A stretch of 64,000 nucleotides of DNA from Octopus vulgaris (GCA_951406725.2 OX597829.1:36890001-36954000), one strand, 5' to 3'. Counted from the stretch's first letter, positions 13,248 to 25,492 are shown. Numbers and translations: made by a program. The notes: generated by a model from the letters alone, not told the origin.

Positions 13248-13664
13248 AAGGCGGCGAGCTGGCAGAAATGTTAGCACACTGGGTGAAATGCTTAGCAGTA
13301 TTTTGTCTGCTGTTACATTCTGAGTTCAAATTCCACCGAGGTCGACTTTGCCTTTCATCCTTTCGGGGTTGATAAATTAGGTACCAGTTACACACTGGGG
13401 TTGATGTAATCAACTTAATCCGTTTGTCTGTCCTTGTTTGTCCCCTCTGTGTTTAGCCCCTTGTAGGTAATAAAGAAACATGTATTTCATCTGTCGTTAC
13501 GTTCTGAGTTCAAATTCCTCTGAGGTGGACTTTGCCTTTCATCCTTTCGGGGTTGATAAATTAGGTACCAGTTACGCACTGGGGTTGATGTAATTGACTT
13601 AATCCGTTTGTCTGTCCTTGTTTGTCCCCTCTGTGTTTAGCCCCTTGTGGGTAGTAAAGAAATA
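13248..13664 (+). mobile_element. SINE family A with an internal ~180-bp tandem duplication
   Basis: 17-bp TSD GGTTAATAAGTTAACTT at 13231-13247 and 13665-13681; body present twice. Confidence 0.9.
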
Positions 13665-13886
13665 GGTTAATAAGTTAACTTCATTGCTACAGGCTCGATT
13701 CACTGCCCAGCACATTAACACAAGCTTCAGGTTAGTCCTTGTCTTGTGAGTAAAATTCAGTAGATAGAAAGTATGGAAACCCATTAGACCATATGTTTTT
13801 TGGAGTTAGATTTATTTCATTACTAGATTTAATGCCGCCACTACCAAGTAGACTTTGAATATTCTAATTGGGAACTACTCTGTTGT

Positions 13887-14275
13887 GGTGGAAGTACTCC
13901 ATCGGTTACGACGACGAGGGTTCCGGTTGATCCAAATCAACGGAACAGCCTGCTCATGAAATTAACGTGCAAGTGGCTGAGCACTCCACAGACCCGTGTA
14001 CCCTTAATGTAGTTCTCGGGGATATTCAGTGTGACACAGAGAGTGACAAGGCGGGCCCTTTGAAATACAGGTACAACAGAAACAGGAAGTAAGAGTGAGA
14101 GAAAGTTGTGGTGAAAGAGTACAGCAGGGATCACCACCATCCCCTGCCGGAGCCTCGTGGACCTTTAGGTGTTTTCACTCAATAAACACTCACAACGCCC
14201 GGTCTGGGAATCGAAACCGTGATCCTATGACCGCGAGTCCACTGCCCTAACCACTGGGCCATTGCGCTTCCACCA
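13887..14275 (-). mobile_element. tRNA-derived SINE, family C (resembles octopus tRNA-Arg-derived OR SINEs)
   Basis: A box TGGCCCAGTGG and B box GGTTTCGATTCCC on the minus strand; 11-bp TSD TACTCTGTTGT at 13876-13886 and 14276-14286; second copy at 61009. Confidence 0.88.
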
Positions 14276-16212
14276 TACTCTGTTGTAAGCATTTGTTCTA
14301 AGTTTCTGGTTTTAGAATAATTTGATAGTTTAATATGTTGCTTTCTTCCTCATCAAGCCACAAAGACACTGCAAAATGTCAGTGTTACTGCCCTTTCACC
14401 TCTCTTTAATCTCCCAAAGGTAAAGAAGAATAAGCACTAAACTCCAAACCATTTCATATCATTTCATCCAATTAAATACATTTCACTAAGTGTATCGATT
14501 TTTTTTCCAATACATCTAAAACTTGTATTTGATGTAGCAGATTCTCATTTACAATCCAGTACCGTAATTCTATATAACAATATCTTTCTAGTACGAAAAT
14601 AATTCTGAAGATGTAATCCCTACAGTAACTATATCATCTAAGAAAGCTATGAAGGGACTTCTCCATCAAACCATATTCTATAATCTTAAAAATGGAAGGA
14701 TACATTAGATAATGAAGTTATAAATACACTATGTCCAGATGGGTAGAACCGTCAATGGTGATGTATTTCTAGAACTAACTGAAGATTTCTTATTAGTTTG
14801 GAAGACTTCTACTAAATCAGTGGTGGGATCATTTCTTGGAAATAAGTTCAAAGACATTGCTTGTCTTGATCTGAAGGAACATATTCACACCACCAGATTA
14901 ATTAAAAAGAAAATGGAAAAAATCCGTAAGCATAAACATTTAATGCGAATATCTGGTTGCATTTGTCCTAGTAGAGAGATAGAGAAAGAGAGAGTGCAGG
15001 TAATATAGGGAACATCACCAGTGAGGAGGGGGAATTGGGAGAAGAGATAACCGGTAGGTTGTGGTGACAAATTTCTAGACAGAACAAAACGTAAGATAAC
15101 TGATTAAGTGGGTGGGTGGATGAGCAACCGGGATGGTTGCAATTGTCCTAGGAGAGAGAGAAGTACAGGTAATATATAGAGAACAGCCCAGTGAGGAGGA
15201 GGGCTTGGGAGAATAGACAAAGATAATGGTGGTGGGAGAAGGGATATCCGGTGTAGATGGTGGGAAGATAGAGATATCCGGTATTGGTGGTGGGGGCAGA
15301 AAAGGGCGGGCGCACTGCGAACAAGCAAAGTTTTGTTTGGGGACAGAAGGACGAAAGTAATGGTAATAAGAATGAGATTAAACAGATCGAGAAATGAGGA
15401 AAAACGAGTAACAAGCTGTTAGCATGTTTTCACCAAGCCCAAAACAGGTGGGAAGTGAATTTGACATCAGTGACAACAGAAATCAGAATGTAAAATGCTA
15501 GAACATATAGTGTAAGGCATTTTGTTCAGTTCAAAAGTCTCCACAAATTTGCCACTTTGTACTTTCAAATAATTACACCTCAAATCACAAATTATGAGTA
15601 ACAATAACAATAACAGATGCTGGGAGTCCTACTATTCTAGTTCTGAAAACCACCATTCTACATAGAACACATTTAAAAAATTCTAACACTTTACAACTAA
15701 AAAGTGTACTATACTTTTCAAAAATTTAATAAATTACATACAATTTCATTAATAATGAGCAAAGTAGCTCATCATGGTCAAATATTGTATGAAAAACTGA
15801 AAACTTAGACAGTTTTGTCATACAATTATAATGTGTGCCTCCTCAGCCCAAAGACTCTATTTAAAACATCAGCTTTTAATTCCACTTTTATGCCAAAAAG
15901 TTGATGATAAATCTTTCTCTGGACAGAACATCACCTATTGCTTGAAATATTCATATATAATCAGATTACAACTAGGAAATAATGGTATTTGTTCAAAATG
16001 ATAATGACTGATAATTAGTGTGTGATAGGTCATAGAGGTATGATCCTGAAAAAGCAGTAGATATCAGTGAAAATACACCAATGTAAAGAAAATACAGGAC
16101 AGGGACCTGATAAGAAATACAATCAAATTTGGGGTTACAGCTACAAGAAAGAAACAAAATAGCATTCATTATATATGCGGTTAAAATTATAATATGAAAA
16201 AGAATTAATTAC

Positions 16213-16301
16213 TTTTAATCTTGCTTGAGATTCAGCTGGTGAGAGGCTCTTTTCCTGGACAAGTTTCCAGAAACAGGTGTTGTAAAGATTATTAATATGA
16301 C
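16213..16301 (-). CDS. THG1L: THG1L coding exon 4 (C-HINNLYNTCFWKLVQEKSLSPAESQARLK)
   Basis: ttttag acceptor, GTAATT donor, 89 bp, phase 1/0; conserved HINNLYNT motif. Confidence 0.95.
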
Positions 16302-16569
16302 CTAAAATGATTTTTAGAAAATAGTCAGGCATAAAAGAGTAATGTATTTTTAAGTACTTAAAATTACAGGAACTGTCCTAGAAATTTGTTTCATATAGCA
16401 TTAATTACAATCACTCCATACAAATTAAAGTACCAAGTTTCTGTTTAGAGTATGATTATATCAAAATGGCATTTCTCCTTCATTCACCTTTGGTGAGAAT
16501 AGCCTTGACCAGGAGGAGATGATGTCACTAGATTGTCTAATGATCATTGGGTGCTCTGATCCTGAACCA

Positions 16570-17110
16570 TAATACTCACCTGCTGACAGTGGTAACAAAC
16601 TCACTGCCAATCTCCAACTTAGCTCATCTCTCTCCTTGCTCCATAACCAATAAGAGATTCTTTCTGCTACCTCTCCCATTCTGTAAGCAGTTGCCTTTCT
16701 CTCCCTTCCTCTTATTCCAATGGCTGTGAACATTCTCCATATTGATTAGATAGTGGATCTTTTAAAGTCCATGTTTGGACCTTTTGTTATAAATTTCATG
16801 TTTTTGCAGTAGTTAACAGATTTTCACCTTCCCCTGAGAAATTGGTTGATGACGTTGATTTTCTTTGTGGTTAGCATTATTTGTATCTCTATTAGTGAGT
16901 GTCTGAGCATCTTGTTATGGTGCCATGTGCATCTCCCTTAAAGGAGTCTTGTTTTCTACCATGACAGTATGTGTACAAGACGCCCCTCTCCTCAAAGCAT
17001 ATACACTTGTGCAGAATTGTTGGTATGAGAGTATGATGTATACTGCTCACAACAAAAAAGAGATACAAAATAATTTCACGTGATCTGCCTCTTGGAAATG
17101 TTCCCAAGGA
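16570..17110 (-). mobile_element. HERO-like (R2/NeSL group) non-LTR retrotransposon 3' fragment
   Basis: Fragments GRCTWHHNKMLR (consensus-like GRYTWRHN), a degenerate CCHC knuckle and MFTAIGIRGRERK..AERISYWLW. Confidence 0.65.
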
Positions 17111-17267
17111 TACTATTAAATCAGTTTAAAACAACATACACTAAAGATATTTTATATAATATTTCCAAATTTCTGAAAGAAAATATACTTTAAGTTGACA
17201 TATTTTGTATATAGTCAAAGCTATATATTCAAAGCATTAAAGTTTGATCAAAGAAATTCTAACTTAC

Positions 17268-17437
17268 AGTCAGCTTGCCGCCAGCTGAGATAGTCTTTCA
17301 AATTTTGGTCAGATGGGTAACATATAGTTCGGGCATCAAAAGAAGGTGGGTATTTAAGATCTTGAGTGCTGAAGTATCGAGACCATGTGAACACAAATGT
17401 CGATGTGAACAAACTGACAACATTAGTCATAAGCTTG
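17268..17437 (-). CDS. THG1L: THG1L coding exon 3 ([11 protein letters not shown]...[27 protein letters not shown])
   Basis: ttatag acceptor, GTAAGT donor, 170 bp, phase 2/1; FD.R and DYLSWRQAD motifs. Confidence 0.96.
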
Positions 17438-17579
17438 CTATAAAGAAATACAAAAAGGGAAAAAAAGAGGTAAACAATTAACTCCTTCTATGATAATGTC
17501 TTTTACAAAGGATCTGTTTCATTTAATTTATGATGCACTGCTGTTCTGTCTAATCTTATTTTAGTGTTGATTCAGATAA

Positions 17580-18125
17580 TCATCATCATCATCATCATCA
17601 TTGTTTAACGTCCACTTTCCATGCTAGCATGGGTCGGACGATTTTGACTGAGGGCTGGCAAACCAGATGGCCGCACCAGGCTCCAATCTTGATCTGGCAG
17701 AGTTTCTACAGCTGGATGCCCTTCCTAATGCCAACTACTCCGAGAGTGTAGTGGGTGCTTTTACGTGCCACCAGCACGAGGGCCAGTCAGGCGGTACTGG
17801 CAATGACCTTGCTTGAATCTTTTTACACATTCCACCGGCACAGGTGCCAGTAAGGCGATGCTGGTAATGGTCACGCTCAAATGGTACCCTTTTACGTGCC
17901 ACTGGCATGGAGCCAGTTGGCTGCTCTGGCAACGATCACACTCAGATGGTGCTCTTGGCACCCTACTAGCACGGGCACAAGTGCCAGTAAGGCGATGCTG
18001 GTAACAATCACACTCGAATGGTGCCCTTTTATGTGCCACTGGCATGGAAGCTGGTTAGCCACTCTGTCAACGATCATCCTCGTATGGTGCTCTTTGCACC
18101 CCGCTAGCACTGATGCCAGTTGTTG
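17580..18125 (-). mobile_element. SINE-like family B with internal ~130-bp repeats
   Basis: (CAT)n tail, core motifs and repeated GCCAGTAAGGCGATGCTGGTAA blocks. Confidence 0.85.
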
Positions 18126-19204
18126 AATTTGATTTTGATAATGTTCATCCTATATCCTAAATTACTAGATTTATGAGTCTATCTTGGTTTCTGATTATCA
18201 TTTTTGTCTCTTAAGTTATTCCCTGTTATCACTGATTTGAACACCTATGCTTTATATTTTATGCTGGAATATATAGGATAGGTCTGCTATGCAAATATAT
18301 CACAGGTATGTGACATTTTGATAGTCATTTTGGCCCCACTTATTTGTCAGTGCTGATTTGACACCAAACTTATTACTTCATTTTGCTTTTTGCTTTACTT
18401 TGTGTATATGATGGTAAAGCTCCTCTGTAACATTGCCAGGTCAGGGACTTTTGGTAATTATCCATAGGCCCCGGACCGAATGTAGAGTATGTCAAGGTGT
18501 GGGAAAAGAGTGATGAGGATACGAAAGAAGGGAGAAAATAAATTGACAGTAATGGTAGAGAGTAATGAGAAATACAGTAAAAGCAGAAAGTGTAAGCGAT
18601 AGGTATTAATAACATATGACTAAAAGAAGGAGTGATGACTGACAGTACAGAAAGGATGGTGATACAGAGTCATCAGACAAAAAAAATGAAGGACAGACAT
18701 AAAATGAATACAGAAGAAAGATTAAGAAAATATAAAACTCCTATTGGAACAGTAGAAATATTAACACTGTCTCAATCATCTGATATAAAGCTGATACTGG
18801 AAGCTCAAAAGCTATTGATAAAAATTAAAAAAACTTGGAAAATTGATGATGATGCACAGTGCATGTTTCATAAAAAAGGAAATTTCAATATATTGTATAT
18901 GATTGTATTGAAACATAATGTTGATGAAACATGTTTGATTAATGTAGTAAAATGTACAAGTGTGTGTTAGAAAGTAAAGATAAAAATCTTGAGATCTGTT
19001 AAAACAGACAAAACAATAAACAGCAGAAAAGAGAAAGCACATGTGAAAAGCAGGGGGGGAAAAAAACTGAATCAAATTATAAATGAAGTACAAGCACAAC
19101 AAACAACATTGAAATTCATATGCAGCTTGCCAAAATCTGAAAAACCCACCATCTACATTGATATACTTTAAAAGAAAACTCATTAAAATGGCAATAAATT
19201 TTAC

Positions 19205-19381
19205 CTGGCACGCCGGCAGAAAAGTTTTGTGTTTTTCTTGAAAACAAAGCTATATTCATCACTCTGTCCATAACATAAAATGATATCTTTGTATTCATCC
19301 ATAACTGACTGGGCAGAATAGGTCATCAGTTGTAATGCCCGATCGTCATTTGGTTTTGCAAAATGATGAATCTCTGAAAAT
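19205..19381 (-). CDS. THG1L: THG1L coding exon 2 ([17 protein letters not shown]...[11 protein letters not shown]...RRA)
   Basis: tttttag acceptor, GTAAAA donor, 177 bp, phase 2/2; KPND and catalytic SDE motifs. Confidence 0.97.
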
Positions 19382-19479
19382 CTAAAAAGAGAAATATATT
19401 TCAATAAAGGATCTATTGTAAAAAAATAAATACCATAAGACATGGGCTGGTTGATTACATCACTCCTAGTACATGCCTG

Positions 19480-19773
19480 GTACTTAAACGTGATCGTTAC
19501 CAACGTCGCCTTACTGGCACCTGTGTCAATGGCACGTGTAAAAAGATTCGAGCAAGGTCATTGCCAATACCGCATGACTGGCCCCCGTGCCGGTGACACA
19601 TAAAAAGTACCCACTACACACTCAGAGTGGTTGGCGTTAGGAAGGGCATCCAGCTGTAGAAACTCTGCCAGATCAAAATTGGAGCCTGGTGCAGCCATCT
19701 GGTTTGCCAGCCCTCAGTCAAAATCGTCCAACCCATGCTAGCATGGAAAGCGGACGTTAAACGATGATGATGA
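19480..19773 (+). mobile_element. SINE-like family B
   Basis: GGCGTTAGGAAGGGCATCCAGCTGTAGAAAC and (GAT)n tail. Confidence 0.85.
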
Positions 19774-20103
19774 TTAATTATTAATATTTTAATAAACAAA
19801 TACAGATAATAATTTCAAAGAAGAATAGATGTAAAGTTAACCTGCTGGATCGATTGTTCAAAAATTGAATGTTACTCGATTGTGTAACAACCTCTAAATG
19901 TTAACTTTCATTTTAACATTAATACTATGGTGAGTTGTCAAACTACAAAATGGAAGACAAGAACTAAATTGTTATAATACAGAATTTAATAGAATAATTT
20001 CTCTAGCTGGATGCCCTTCATAAAACAATCATTTTACAAAGGCTATTGGGGTGCATTTTATTGAAGCACCAGCTCTAGAGAGGTTGTCACATCCTCAACA
20101 AGA

Positions 20104-20592
20104 TTAACCCTTTCGTTACTGTATTTATTTTGAGATGCTCTGTGTTTCTTTCAATTAATTTTAAATATAACAAAAAATTTAGTAAAATAACTTAGTTATC
20201 ATTCAGCTAGGGTTAGGAACATAAATTGTGACTAAGCTTTGATGGAAGATTTTAATTCAAAACTTATGGAAACAAGACATTTGTACTCAGAGCCAGTTTC
20301 AGCCAGGTTAGTATCAAAAGGGTTAAGAATTGTTTCTCTATTACATATTTTAACGCTTTTGTTACAGTATTTCTGTTGAGATGCTCTGTTGAGATGCTCT
20401 GTGTTTCTTTCAATTAATTTTAGATACAACAAAGAATTTAGTAAAGTAACTTAGTCATCATTCTGCTAGTGTTAGGAACATAAACTTTGACTAAGGTTTG
20501 GTGGAAGATTTTAATTCAAAACTTATGAAAACAAGGCATTTGTACTACAGAGCCAGAGGTAGTTTCAGCCGGGTTGGTATCGAAAAGGTTAA
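20104..20592. mobile_element. Two adjacent piggyBac-type MITEs (20104-20326 and 20350-20592)
   Basis: TTAACCCTTT...AAGGGTTAA-type ends; same body as the copies at 3770 and 7861, reverse orientation. Confidence 0.8.
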
Positions 20593-21699
20593 AGAGTTTT
20601 CACAATTCCATGTTATCTCTATTTGTTTCTTTCAATGCAAACTATAGAGTGCATAGAGGGCAACTACAGGAGATGAACCAGGATGATTTGAAGAAAGAAG
20701 AGTAGAGTATGTCAAGGTGTGGAAAAAGAGTGATGAGGATACGAAAGAAGGGAGAAAATAAATTGACAGTAATGGTAGAGAGTAATGAGAAATACAGTAA
20801 AAGCAGAGACTAACAGGAGAGACACTAATGGGAGCTAGAGAGAGAGTGTATGTGTAATGGATAGCCTTAAAAATAGTCAGAGAATGTGATGGACATCAGC
20901 AGTGATTGACCTGGAGGAGAGGTTGTGGTGTGGTTAGCTATATAGAAGGGTTTGCTGTTCAAAAGGAAATGTGTTATAGATGGCAAAAAAAGTGAATTGA
21001 GGAATAGGAAGCTGTAGATGATGGTGGTAAAAAATTATCCTCTCATACAAGGGTGGTATAAGGTAGCAAAGTAGAGGGAGCACTACAAAGATGAGAGGGT
21101 ATTAAATAGATAAGAGGAGCAGAAGATGGAGAATTCACAAATACAATATGGGTAAAAAAAAATCCAGATGTAAATATACAGGGTGTTTAGGATGTCCCTT
21201 TAGCATTTAAATGAAATATAAAATTTTTATTCTTATTTTGTTGTTATATATTTTAAATATTATATTGGATATTTTCTGCGAACATCTTATGATATATCTA
21301 TTACTCCTATGTGTTTTAGAAAATATCACTATCAAAAAATTAAGAGATATTCATTGTCAATGGTAATCCTCTTTGATTGTCATGTCTAGTTAATTGCTCT
21401 AGGTGATCGAAATGGTTGGTAGTATGAATGGTAGGGCAGTAGAACAAGTATCCTGAAATCCCTGAGCTGTAGTAGTCAGAGGGAAGACTAAAATCAAAGG
21501 GTTTAATGAGCATGGTGAGGAGGTAGCAAAGGAGGTGAGCAGTGTCAGTGAAGAATAAAAAATGAGGGAGACAAGATGTGTGTTAAGAAATTTAACTAAC
21601 CTTAGTTGTTAATTATTCTAAATTAATGCTAAAGGAAGTTTTGAATTACTTTGTGCATGTGTGTATATGTATGCATAATTATAAAATCCAGAGTAAGTG

Positions 21700-22317
21700 T
21701 TGTGTAGGTCACTCAGGATTTCTCTTCTCTCCCAGCACGATATAAAAATACTTTTCAATGTTGGTTTCCACAATGCTTGTATACTTCTGCTGGAAGACCA
21801 TCTATACCAGGAGCCTTGTGGATTCTCAACTTAGCAATCACTGCTTTGATTTCACTTATGAAGGGTGGGTTGCCCAAATCTATTTTTGCCTCTTATGGTA
21901 TGTTATCAAGAGACACTTCTTGCACTGAACAAGGATCCTAGTTGACAGTAACATGTTAGATAAAGTAATTAAGGATATGAAGACAAGGAAAGGCCTTGGT
22001 CCTTCAGTAATGACCTCTGAGAGCTTAAAATATATGGTAAAGTGGAATACAACTTGGTCGACCATATAGTTAATCAGGTTGTGCTGGAAGGTATCATATC
22101 TCACGACAGGTGTAGCAGCATCATAATCAATTGCTACAAAGATAAGGGAGATGCCTTAGGCAGAAGTTAATCCAGAGGTATCAAATTATGTTACAGAAAG
22201 AATCATAGTTCAACTAATTGGGAAGAGAGTTAGTCTAGATGTGATGTAGATTGGTTTTCTGTTTGTGAAAATCACCACCAATGCTATCTTCCTAATAAGG
22301 CAACTGCAGGGTAAGCA
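21700..22317 (+). mobile_element. RTE LINE RT-region fragment, degenerate
   Basis: Remnants of MKTGKA.GPS, CYK.KGDA and RGIKL motifs with stops. Confidence 0.6.
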
Positions 22318-23085
22318 GTGAAGGTTGGCTTGTGGTATACAGATGTCCTGAATCCATACTTGGTGCATGTTCACACCATACAGTTCACAATGGAAAAAGA
22401 AAAAGACAATCAGCTAGCATTCCTGGACGTATTAATAACATGCACCAAGTATGGATTCAAAACATCCGTATACCGCAAGCCAACCATCACTGGACAATAC
22501 CTCAACTTCATCTCCCACCATCCATACAGTGTAAAGAGAGGAATTGCTCAGTACCTAAAACAGCGAGAAAAGAATATAAGTAGTGATCCTGATACACACC
22601 ATGAATAAATGATCAAGCTAAATAACAATCTATTAAGCAACAAATGCCCCAAAAGTATACTATCCACTCCAATTATAAAGAAAAGAGAGGATGAAACTGA
22701 TAAACTGTCCACAGTCTGTCTACCCTATGTGAAAGGCCTCTCCGAAAAGATACAAAAGATATGCAGCCCATATGACATCAGGACAGTATTCAAGAGTAAT
22801 ACAACACTTCACAAATATTTCCTTCAAGTAAAACCACCAATAGAAGAAAATATGACCAAAGACTGTGTGTACTCCATTTCATGCAGCTGTGGTAGGTTAT
22901 ACAAAGGTGAAACATGCCTTTAACAATAACGATGGCAACGAAAAATACCTTAGGAATGAGAACCGAACCCAGGTTCGAAATTTCCCCAAGACACCTGATG
23001 AAGGCTGGAGAGTATATCAGCAGAAACGTTGTGTTAACAACAAACAAGATGAGGACAAATATCCATCAATTGTAAATAATGTAAA
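22318..23085 (+). mobile_element. Penelope-like element fragment: RT C-terminus, GIY-YIG start and pLTR
   Basis: FTMEKEKDNQLAFLDVLI..VYRKPT.TGQYLNF.SHHP; CLPYVKGLSEKI; VYSISCSCGRLYKGET; in-frame stop at 22606-22608. Confidence 0.9.
22990..23035 (+). ncRNA. Minimal type I hammerhead ribozyme motif (PLE-associated)
   Basis: GACAC CTGATGA AG GCTG-loop-CAGC A GAAA CG TT GTGTT. Confidence 0.65.
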
Positions 23086-23401
23086 CATTATGTTAGTTAA
23101 AATATGTTTATAATATATTTTAACTTTTCTAAAGGTAAATTAACTGCAGTTACCATGGAGTAAAAAGTTCTCTTGTGGTAAAAGGTTTAAAAACACTATA
23201 TCTGCCCACTGTTTCCCCTCTAGTGGATTCTCAGACTTACATTTCTGGCTCTATTAAAATATGAAAAGTGGACAAACGATGATGATGATGACAATGAGAG
23301 GGGGAGGAGGAGGAAGACAATGACTATAGAGATGAGGAAGAGGAGGAGGAAAAGGATAAATACATTTGAGTCTACAAAAAAGGGCAAAAATAATTAATAC
23401 A

Positions 23402-23635
23402 AAAGGCGGCGAGCTGGCAGAAACGTTAGGATGTAGGGTGAAATGTGTAGCCGTATTTCGTCTGCCATTACATTCTGAGTTCAAGTTCCGCTGAGGTCAA
23501 CTTTGCCTTTCATCCTTTCAGGGTCGATAAATTAAGTACCAGTTACGCACCAGGGTCGATGTAATCGACTTAATCCATTTGTCTGTCTTTGTTTGTCCCC
23601 TCTGTGTTTAGCCCCTTGTGGGTAGTAAAGAAATA
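23402..23635 (+). mobile_element. SINE family A
   Basis: AGGCGGCGAGCTGGCAGAAACGTTAG head through GTAGTAAAGAAATA tail. Confidence 0.88.
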
Positions 23636-23903
23636 TATATTCTTTATACATTTATTGTAGTGATAAAGTTGCTCTGTTGCTAAGTTTTGTGAGTATCCTG
23701 ATCTGCTACATCTTTTATAATCTGTAAGTCACAATGAAATCAATTACTCTGTGTTTTAACTACTCATGTCTAATTATATATCTGGTATTTACTACGTCTG
23801 TTCATCTTTTCACAAGTGGGACAATAGCATTTATTAATATATCAACAAAAATTATCAATGGTAACTAATTATTAAAAAAAGGTAAAAAAAAAAATTACAC
23901 TAC

Positions 23904-24157
23904 CTGTGGAAAGAATGGCCATCAATACGAACAACTAACCAGCAGTTGGGCAAACATCTGTCATCCAACTCAAAATCACGAACATATTCAAACCGACTTT
24001 TTGCCATGGTATGCTTATCACGGCTGTTACGCAATCTTAATGCTTTAAATACTGGACATTCACAAACAGAATTTGAAGTATATAATAACTTTGCAAATGT
24101 TGAGGCTGCAAGCTTGTGATGCCAAAAGATATTTTGAAAGGATATCACAGATAACAT
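23904..24157 (-). CDS. THG1L: THG1L first coding exon: 50-aa extension plus [34 protein letters not shown]; exon probably begins at 24226
   Basis: Thg1 N-terminus MAKS.FEYV and catalytic RIDG; GTAGTG donor (phase 2) joins the next exon in frame; ttttcag acceptor ending at 24227; ATGs at 24157 and 24007. Confidence 0.95.
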
Positions 24158-24273
24158 TCAGTCTATTCTATCAACATTTAGAATTTTGGAAGTTGAAGCT
24201 GCTCCAATTTATAACCATGTTAATTTCTGAAAAATAAAATATAAACAGAGATAAATATAGACATGCTTATATA

Positions 24274-25492
24274 TCAGGTTGAGTAAAAAGTAAGCAATGT
24301 TTTGAACCATGAAGAGTTTGTGTCGGAGTTTTGCAGAATTTAGAATTTTTTAAAAACATTTTTTGCAATTATCTGATAATACAGCCATAGACTTGCCCAA
24401 GTGCATCAATAAATCAACATTGATATTTTTTTCACTGTTGTGACAATCATCTGAAATGGAACTGTCAAAGCGCAGTATTAAAGCAATTTTGCTATTCAAC
24501 TTCAAAAAAGGATGTAAAGCAGCTGAAACTGTTCGTGATATTGACGAAACATTTGGTGAGGAAATGACCAGTGAGTGGTCAGCTCAAAAATGGTTTAAAC
24601 GATTTCACAGTGGAGACCTGAGCTTTGAAGATTGTGAGTGTAGTGGACGCCTATCTGTCATTAATGAAGGCCAATCAAAGATCATCATTGAGAAAGATCC
24701 ATGTAAAACCATTCAAGAACTGGCAAAAGAACTTCAAGTTGGCCAGAAAATTTGCATGCGATTGGAAAATCAAAACAGCTCAACAAATGGGTACCATACT
24801 AATTGAAATAAAAACCAGAAAATGCACAGATATGAAATTTGTTCACGGCCTCTGCTCTGTAACCAGACCAATCCATTTCTTGACTGTAATGTAACTTGTG
24901 ATGAAAAGTGGATTCTGTACAATGATAAAAAATGTTCTTTCCAGTGGTTGGACCAAAATGAAGCACCAAATACTTTCCCTAAACCCGAGTTCTTTAAAAC
25001 GAAGGTTATGGTGACTGTTTGGTGGTGTACTGCTGGACTCATCTACTATAACTTCTTAAAACCCAGAAGAACCATTACTGCAGAAACATATTGCTATGAA
25101 ATTGCCAAAATGAATGAAAAATTGCTACTCTTCAGTTCCAGACTGGTCAACAGAAGAGGGTTGATCATTCTTCATGACAATTCTCAACCACACGTTTCAC
25201 TAATGATGCTCCAGAAGTTAAGGGAACTTGGCTCACTTTCTGAAAGCATCTTAATGGTTTCCTGCGAGAGAAGGATTTCAAAAATCAAACCAATGCTGAA
25301 AGTGCATTCAAAGAGTTCTTCAGCTCCTGAACTCCAGATTTTTATTTTACCAGAATAAACAAACTTGTAACTCATTGGCAAAAGTGTCGATTGAAGTGGT
25401 AAGTACTTTGATGAATAAAATTTCAGCATTGTTGAAATATATTGTGATGAATTTCATGTTTCAAATTGTTGCTTACTTTTTACTCAACCTAT
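24274..25492 (+). mobile_element. Near full-length, defective mariner (Mos1/Hsmar1-type) element
   Basis: TIRs AGGTTGAGTAAAAAGTAAGCAA / TTGCTTACTTTTTACTCAACCT in TA context; frameshifted transposase with VTCDEKWILY and LHDNSQPH; segment with the third Asp (YSPDL) is missing. Confidence 0.92.

Noticed and set aside
15410-15480. Hammerhead-like CTGATG..GAAA on the minus strand
   Set aside because: Core reads CTGATGT and the stems do not fit the required topology
18776-18822. Hammerhead-like CTGATAT..AGCT/AGCT..AAAA
   Set aside because: Several core positions deviate; cannot be told apart from chance
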